Assembly (NCBI RefSeq): GCF_964019745.1
Contig: NZ_OZ026462.1
Coordinates: 120,001-152,000, forward strand
DNA length: 32,000 nt
From: Candidatus Saccharimonadota bacterium
GTDB taxonomy: Bacteria > Pseudomonadota > Gammaproteobacteria > Burkholderiales > Burkholderiaceae
Direction of reading: 5' to 3'
A model generated the notes under the pieces. The model did no database searches and had not been told where the DNA came from. It saw nothing but the letters and a program-made list of their open reading frames with translations. The position numbers and the translations under genes were made by a program. This document shows, in pieces, positions 22,901 through 32,000 of the stretch (positions are counted from its first letter, which is position 1; every line of letters starts with the position of its first letter).

Positions 22901-23186
22901 TTGTTAATTATTTTTATTATAGTATTAAAAAATAATTAATAATTTATTAATTTATTAATTTATTAATTTAATATTTTAATAAAACTTAATGAACAAATAT
23001 TATTATTAATTTTTAAATTTATTTTTTTTATATAGATAAAATATATATAAATTTATATAGATAAATTGTTAATTATTTTTATTATAGTATTAAAAAATAA
23101 TTAATAATTTATTAATTTATTAATTTAATATTTTATTAAAATTTAATAAATAAATATTTTTATTTATATAAATAAAATATATATTT
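19939..23186. repeat. Tandem array 3: 149-bp unit x 19 full copies, plus a degenerate first unit and a partial last unit
   Basis: The unit is TTAATTATTTTTATTATAGTATTAAAAAATAATTAATAATTTATTAATTTAATATTTTAATAAAACTTAATGAACAAATATTATTATTAATTTTTAAATTTATTTTTTTTATATAGATAAAATATATATAAATTTATATAGGTAAATTG. Unit starts are 20182, 20331, ... 23069. Unit lengths are 149 (x13), 157 (x5) and 165 (x1). Confidence 0.95.
19971..20093. repeat. 8-bp microsatellite (TTATTAAT) x about 15, lying inside the degenerate first unit of array 3
   Basis: Perfect period-8 run. The same motif is present in 2-4 copies inside every 149-bp unit. Confidence 0.95.
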
Positions 23187-23214
23187 TTTTAATTAAAAAT
23201 TTTAATAAATTATT

Positions 23215-23316
23215 AATTATTTAAAATTATTTAAAATTATTTAAAATTATTTAAAATTATTTAAAATTATTTAAAATTATTTAAAATTATTTAAAATTAT
23301 TTAAAATTATTTAAAA
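23215..23316. repeat. 10-bp tandem repeat (TTAAAATTAT) x about 10, a phased A4 tract
   Basis: Perfect period-10 run, ending about 300 bp upstream of the 16S 5' end. Confidence 0.95.
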
Positions 23317-23340
23317 AAATATTAAAAATTTTTTTAAATA

Positions 23341-23369
23341 TTGTTTACTTTTTAAATAAAATATAATAT
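23341..23369 (+). promoter_or_regulatory. Candidate sigma70-type promoter for the rRNA operon (weak call)
   Basis: TTGTTT (23341-46) is followed by N15 then TATAAT (23362-67), or by N17 then TAATAT. It lies about 255 bp upstream of the 16S gene. -10-like hexamers occur by chance everywhere in DNA this AT-rich. Confidence 0.2.
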
Positions 23370-23619
23370 AATATATTAAAAGAATATTTTATATTTATAT
23401 AAAAAAAATTATATAATTTAATTTAAAAAAAATTATTTTAATTTTTTGAAAATAATAATATATTGATAATAAAAATTATATTAAAAATTATATATAATAT
23501 TTAATTATATTATATTAATTTAATTAATTTTTAAATATAAATTTTATTTTTATTAAAAGTTTTTTTGTTTTTGTAAAATTTTTATAAGTATTTAAAATAA
23601 ATTATAAGTTATTTTTTTA

Positions 23620-25163
<1,544 letters not shown>

Positions 25164-25292
25164 TAGAGGAACATAAAATTAAATATTTATATTTATTATT
25201 ATTTTATTTTTTACTAAATAGAGTAAGATTTTTTTGAGAAACAAAATATATTAAAAAAATATATTAATTTTTAAGATTTATTTAATATTATA

Positions 25293-28202
<2,910 letters not shown>

Positions 28203-28291
28203 ATGATATTTTTATTTTAAATAAAAAAAAATTTTATTTTTAAATTTTATATAAATTTAAAAATAAAATTTTTAAAATTATTATTTTAATT

Positions 28292-28408
28292 AGCCTGATA
28301 ATCATAGCGAATTGGAACCACTCTTTACCATTCCGAACAAGAAAGTGAAACGATTTTGCGCCGATGATAGTACTATAACTAGTGTGAAAGTAGGTAATTA
28401 TCAGGTTA
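28292..28408 (+). rRNA. rrf: 5S ribosomal RNA
   Basis: AGCCTGATAATCATAGCG ... CCGAAC-x-GAAGTGAAAC ... GCGCCGATGATAGT ... GTAGGTAATTATCAGGTT is collinear with the E. coli 5S. Confidence 0.9.
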
Positions 28409-28437
28409 AAAAAATAATTTTAAAAAAATTATTTTTT
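28409..28437. terminator. All-A/T hairpin between the convergent 5S and infA genes (possible bidirectional terminator)
   Basis: AAAAAATAATTTT (28409-21) pairs perfectly with AAAATTATTTTTT (28425-37) around an AAA loop. It overlaps the infA stop codon. The stem contains no G:C pair, so both stability and significance are doubtful. Confidence 0.25.
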
Positions 28438-28653
28438 CAAATGTCTAAATGTTATTCTACCTTTATTTAAATCATATGGTGAAATTTCTAAAGTAACTTT
28501 ATCACCTGGTAAAATTCTAATATGATTTAAACGTATTTTACCAGATGTATAAGCAATTAATTCATGACCATTTTTTAAAATAACTTTAAATTTTGAATCA
28601 GGTAAAATTTTTTTAATAATTCCTTTAATTTCCAATAATTCTTCTTTAATCAT
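28429..28653 (-). CDS. infA: Translation initiation factor IF-1
   Basis: 74 aa reading [68 protein letters not shown], the canonical IF-1 S1 fold. Confidence 0.95.
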   Translation of the reverse strand: MIKEELLEIKGIIKKILPDSKFKVILKNGHELIAYTSGKIRLNHIRILPGDKVTLEISPYDLNKGRITFRHLKK

Positions 28654-28663
28654 ATTTTTATAT

Positions 28664-29275
28664 TTAAAATATTATTTTTTTATAATATATTATATTTTCT
28701 ATATATTTAGAAAAAAAATCCACTTCTATATTAACATTATCATTAATTTTCATATGTTTAAATATTGTATTATTCATAGTATATGGTATAATATTTAAAT
28801 TTATATAATTTTTTTTTTTAATATTAAAAATTTTATTAATTGTTAATGAAACACCATTTATAGCAATTGATCCTTTATATATTATATAATTTTTAATAAA
28901 ATTAGGTATTTTTATAATAAATTTATATGATTCATTAATATTTTGTATATTTTTGATTTTTCCTATATCATCTATATGACCACTTAATAAGTGTCCATTT
29001 ATTTTTTTATTTATTGTTAATGCTTCTTCTAAATTAATTTTTTCAAATTTATTAAATATTTTAATTTTTTTTAAAGTTTCTTTAGATATATTTATATTAA
29101 AAGAAATATTATTTTTTTTAAATATTGTTGTACAAACACCATTAATTGAAATTGAATCTCCTAATTTAATGTTTTTAATAAATATTTTTTGTGCTTCAAT
29201 ATTAATATTAATATTTTTATTTTTTTTTTTAATTTTTGTTATAATACCAATATTATTTATTATTCCAGTAAACAT
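28664..29275 (-). CDS. ribE: Riboflavin synthase (alpha chain)
   Basis: 203 aa starting MFTGII-x-x-IG, with the duplicated lumazine-binding repeats [12 protein letters not shown] and [13 protein letters not shown]. Confidence 0.9.
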   Translation of the reverse strand: MFTGIINNIGIITKIKKKNKNININIEAQKIFIKNIKLGDSISINGVCTTIFKKNNISFNINISKETLKKIKIFNKFEKINLEEALTINKKINGHLLSGHIDDIGKIKNIQNINESYKFIIKIPNFIKNYIIYKGSIAINGVSLTINKIFNIKKKNYINLNIIPYTMNNTIFKHMKINDNVNIEVDFFSKYIENIIYYKKIIF

Positions 29276-29298
29276 TTTTAATTTAATAAATTATTTTT

Positions 29299-29685
29299 TT
29301 ATATATTATAAAAATATTGTTGAAGAATTAAAGAAGCTGATTTTGAATCTTTTTTTTTTTTTTTTTTTATTATTATAGAAGAGTAATTTTCATTTATTTT
29401 TTTAATTTTTAATTTAAAATGTAAAAAAAGTTTTTTAGAAAAATTTATACAATATTTGTATATATTACTTTTAATGTAAGGTATTCCTATAATAAAATAA
29501 TTTGGTTTCCAAGTTTTTATAATTAATTTTATTTTTTTAAATGTTTTTTTTATATTACAATTTTTAATTGTTAATAGTGGTCTTGATTTTTTTATTAAAG
29601 TATTACCTATTGCAATTCCAATATTTTTTAAACCTATGTCAAAAGCTATTATAATTTTAATATTTTTATATTTCATCGTAAACAT
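29299..29685 (-). CDS. ruvX: Putative pre-16S rRNA nuclease / Holliday-junction-resolvase-like protein YqgF (RuvX)
   Basis: 128 aa with IIAFDIGLKNIGIAIGN (the YqgF D-x-G-x-K-x-IG motif) and a C-terminal SASLILQQY. It overlaps the upstream yqgE by about 20 bp, matching the conserved yqgE-yqgF pairing. Confidence 0.8.
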   Translation of the reverse strand: MFTMKYKNIKIIIAFDIGLKNIGIAIGNTLIKKSRPLLTIKNCNIKKTFKKIKLIIKTWKPNYFIIGIPYIKSNIYKYCINFSKKLFLHFKLKIKKINENYSSIIIKKKKKKDSKSASLILQQYFYNI

Positions 29686-30286
29686 TACTCAAAAATATTT
29701 TTTTTATTCCTAATGTAGATAATAATTTTTTATATCGTTTTTTAACAGGAGTCTTAAAAAGAAGATCTTCATCTTCTCTCATTAATATCCATGCTACTTT
29801 ATTACTAATTTCTCTTTCTAATTGTCCTGGTCCCCATTTTAAATACCCAAAAGTTATTATTAAATTTTCAATTTTTAAATTATTATGTTTATATTTTTCA
29901 ACAAAAGTATCGTATTCTAAAAAAATAATTTTTTTTTTTATTTTTAAAGTTTTAGGATTTTTTTTTTTTTTAGTATATAAAATAAAACTTTTTTCAGTTT
30001 TAACAATTCCTCCAAACATAATAAAATTGTTAATAGATTTTAAATTAGCAAAAATTTTATCTTTTTCTTCTTGTTTAAAGTTATTTAATAATATTTCTAT
30101 GTTTATATTTGTTATTTTATTTATAATAATTCCTAATGCTCCATCTTTATCATGTTTATATATATAAATAACAGCATCATTAAAAATATGATCTTCCATA
30201 AAAGGCATAGATACTAAAAAAAAATTATTTAATTTTGATTTATAATTTAATATTATTTTTTTATTAGAGTTTTTTTTTTTATTCAT
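29666..30286 (-). CDS. yqgE: UPF0301 family protein YqgE/AlgH
   Basis: 206 aa with F-x-DAVIYIYKHDKDGALGIIINK and GG-x-V motifs, and the characteristic W-x-PGQLE-x-E (KWGPGQLEREI). Confidence 0.8.
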   Translation of the reverse strand: MNKKKNSNKKIILNYKSKLNNFFLVSMPFMEDHIFNDAVIYIYKHDKDGALGIIINKITNINIEILLNNFKQEEKDKIFANLKSINNFIMFGGIVKTEKSFILYTKKKKNPKTLKIKKKIIFLEYDTFVEKYKHNNLKIENLIITFGYLKWGPGQLEREISNKVAWILMREDEDLLFKTPVKKRYKKLLSTLGIKKIFLSNVYDEI

Positions 30287-30433
30287 AAATTTATTTATTA
30301 AAATTATTTTTTATTAAAAATATTTTTTATTAAAAATATTATATATATAATATATATTATATATATTTATAAAAGGTAAATTAATATAAATTGTATAAAT
30401 AGTATTTTATAAAAATTATTAAATATTTTTAAT

Positions 30434-31093
30434 ATGTTTAAATTATTAATTAATAATTTTTTTAAAAAATATGTAAATGATATTTACTATTTAATAAATT
30501 TAATTTTAGATTTTTTAAAATCTAAATTTAACTTATTAAATTTAAAATTTGTTATATCTATTTTTGGATCTTCTAGAATTAAAAAAAATAATTTATATTA
30601 TCTTACATGTTTAAAATTATCAAAATTATTAGTTAATTCTGGTTTTAAAATTTTTACTGGTGGTGGTTTAGGAATTATGGAAGCTGCAAATAAAGGTGCT
30701 TTTAATTTAAAAAAAATATCTTCTATAGGTTTAAATTTTGAATTTTTAAATAATATAAAAAATAATTTTCAAAATATGTCTATAGATTATAATTTTTTAT
30801 TTATGAGAAAAAATTCTTTTTATAAATATTCAAAAGCTTATATTATTTTTCCAGGAGGATTAGGAACTATAGATGAATTTACAGAAATTTTAAATTTATT
30901 ACAAATGAATATGATACGTAAAGTTCCTGTTATTTTAGTTGGTAGTAGTTTTTGGTCTGGATTTATAGATTGGATGAATAATATAATGATTAAAAATAAT
31001 TTTATAAATACTAAAGATTTAAAATTATTTAAAATAATTGATGAACCTATTAAGATTTTAAATTTTATTAAAAATTTTTATAAAAAAAAATAA
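30434..31093 (+). CDS. LOG-family (TIGR00730-type, 'lysine decarboxylase-like') nucleotide 5'-monophosphate nucleosidase / phosphoribohydrolase
   Basis: 219 aa with FGSSR, GGGLGIMEAANKGA and the family-defining PGGLGTIDEFTEIL (PGGxGTxxE). Confidence 0.8.
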   Translation: MFKLLINNFFKKYVNDIYYLINLILDFLKSKFNLLNLKFVISIFGSSRIKKNNLYYLTCLKLSKLLVNSGFKIFTGGGLGIMEAANKGAFNLKKISSIGLNFEFLNNIKNNFQNMSIDYNFLFMRKNSFYKYSKAYIIFPGGLGTIDEFTEILNLLQMNMIRKVPVILVGSSFWSGFIDWMNNIMIKNNFINTKDLKLFKIIDEPIKILNFIKNFYKKK

Positions 31094-31097
31094 TTTT

Positions 31098-31170
31098 TGG
31101 GCTGTGTGGGATTTGAACCCACGACAAACGGATTAAAAGTCCGCTGCTCTACCAACTGAGCTAACAACCC
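31098..31170 (-). tRNA. tRNA-Lys (anticodon UUU)
   Basis: The reverse complement is GGGTTGTTAGCTCAGTTGGTAGAGCAGCGGACTTTTAATCCGTTTGTCGTGGGTTCAAATCCCACACAGCCCA. The acceptor stem GGGTTGT/ACAGCCC has 7 bp including one G:U. The anticodon arm is GCGGA-CTTTTAA-TCCGT and the T-arm contains GGTTCAAATCC. No CCA is encoded. Confidence 0.9.
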
Positions 31171-31174
31171 TTTT

Positions 31175-31292
31175 TATATATATTATATATATTATATATA
31201 TTATATATATTATATATATTATATATATTATATATATTATATATATTATATATATTATATATATTATATATATTATATATATTATATATATA
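31175..31292. repeat. 9-bp microsatellite (TATATATTA) x about 13
   Basis: TT dinucleotides recur every 9 nt from 31183 to 31282. The array lies between the divergent tRNA-Lys and glyA genes. Confidence 0.95.
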
Positions 31293-31376
31293 AACTTTTT
31301 TATATTATAATATATATATTATATATATAATTTATATTTATAACAATTATTTTTAAAAGAAATAAATTTAAAATAT

Positions 31377-32000
31377 ATGATAAAAAAAAAAATTAAATAT
31401 ATAGATCCTAAAATTTGGCAATTAATAAAAAAAGAAGAAAAAAGACAAGAAGAAAATATTGAATTAATTGCTTCAGAAAATTATATTTCTCAAGCTTCTA
31501 TGTATGCACAAGGTAGTAAATTAACTAATAAATATGCTGAAGGTTACCCAAATAAACGTTATTATGCAGGATGTAAATTTGTTGATAAAATTGAAAAATT
31601 AGCAATAAATCGTTTAAAAAAACTTTTTGGTGCTGAATCTGCAAATGTACAACCTCATTCTGGTTCTCAAGCAAATCAAGGAGTTTTTTTTTCTATACTT
31701 AATGCTGGTGATTTAATATTAGGAATGTCTTTAAATTCTGGTGGACATTTAACACATGGTATGAAATTAAATGTATCAGGTAAATTATTTAATGTTATTT
31801 CATATGGATTAGATAAAAATCAAAAAATTGATTATGAATATATAGAAAAAATTGTTTATGAAAAAAAACCTAAATTAATAATTGCTGGTGCTTCATCATA
31901 TTCTTTACATATTGATTTTTCTTTTTTTTCTTATATTGCTAAAAAAAATAAATCTTATCTTTTAGTTGATATGTCACATTATGCTGGATTAGTTGCTGCA
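31377..32000 (+). CDS. glyA: Serine hydroxymethyltransferase, N-terminal 208 codons (the gene runs off the right edge of the window)
   Basis: Hand translation gives [101 protein letters not shown] ... GGHLTHG. It is absent from the ORF track because no stop codon lies in the window. Confidence 0.95.
   Translation, partial: MIKKKIKYIDPKIWQLIKKEEKRQEENIELIASENYISQASMYAQGSKLTNKYAEGYPNKRYYAGCKFVDKIEKLAINRLKKLFGAESANVQPHSGSQANQGVFFSILNAGDLILGMSLNSGGHLTHGMKLNVSGKLFNVISYGLDKNQKIDYEYIEKIVYEKKPKLIIAGASSYSLHIDFSFFSYIAKKNKSYLLVDMSHYAGLVAA

Noticed and set aside
19939-23186. The 149-bp unit length being nucleosome-sized, hinting at host chromatin packaging
   Set aside because: This is a numerical coincidence with no support in the sequence. 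Bacteria lack nucleosomes, and the unit length varies (149, 157, 165).
11096-23316. CRISPR array interpretation of the repeat island
   Set aside because: The repeats are directly abutting, with no unique spacers between them. The units are A/T-only and not palindromic in the CRISPR style. No cas genes or leader are present.
10969-23619. Hidden protein-coding or repeat-protein gene in the arrays
   Set aside because: The ORF track has no ORF of 60 aa or more on either strand here. The periods 44, 61 and 149 are not multiples of 3, so every frame rotates into the TAA/TAG triplets present in each unit.
10969-23619. Mobile element, prophage or integrated plasmid
   Set aside because: There is no transposase, integrase or Rep ORF, no terminal inverted repeats, and no compositional shift relative to the flanks. 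The only flank symmetry is the 82-bp direct repeat around array 2.
29169-29378. 69-aa ORF on the plus strand
   Set aside because: It is antisense to the ribE/ruvX junction and is a low-complexity F/I/L sequence derived from the complement of Lys/Asn/Ile codons.
30287-30433. 16-bp tandem duplication (ATTTTTTATTAAAAAT x2) in the yqgE/LOG divergent spacer as a regulatory operator
   Set aside because: There are only two copies in low-complexity A/T sequence, which is insufficient evidence for function.

Overview
This window is extremely A+T-rich. Proteins are dominated by Lys, Ile, Asn and Phe, and only the rRNA and tRNA genes stand out as G+C islands. The gene set is compact and looks like part of a tiny obligate-endosymbiont genome. 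The 16S has Betaproteobacteria/Burkholderiales-type signatures; I cannot name the species without a database search.

The left third carries metF (5' fragment, minus strand), ctaB/cyoE, fumC, rplS and rpsP. Next comes the classical origin-proximal cluster rpmH-rnpA-yidC-mnmE-mnmG-rsmG, followed by lipB-lipA, with spacers of 3-40 bp inside that cluster. The right part carries a complete 16S-23S-5S operon with no tRNA in the ITS, then infA, ribE, ruvX, yqgE/algH, a LOG-family gene, tRNA-Lys(UUU) and the 5' part of glyA.

The outstanding feature is a 12.65-kb non-coding island between lipA and the 16S gene (10969-23619), about 40% of the window. It is built almost entirely of nested tandem repeats:
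- 61 bp x 8, all copies identical
- 44/64 bp x about 167, with multi-level higher-order structure
- an 8-bp microsatellite
- 149 bp x about 20, each unit with an embedded length-variable copy of that microsatellite
- a 10-bp phased A-tract repeat about 300 bp upstream of the 16S gene

No ORF, tRNA, transposase or CRISPR-like spacer is present in the island.

Two conserved housekeeping genes, rnpA and rsmG, change frame inside long poly(A) tracts. Both would be restored by adding one A to the mRNA or by a -1 ribosomal slip. The standard genetic code appears to be used: Trp is TGG and there is no in-frame TGA. All coordinates and copy numbers were derived by hand from the sequence and may be off by a few bases.
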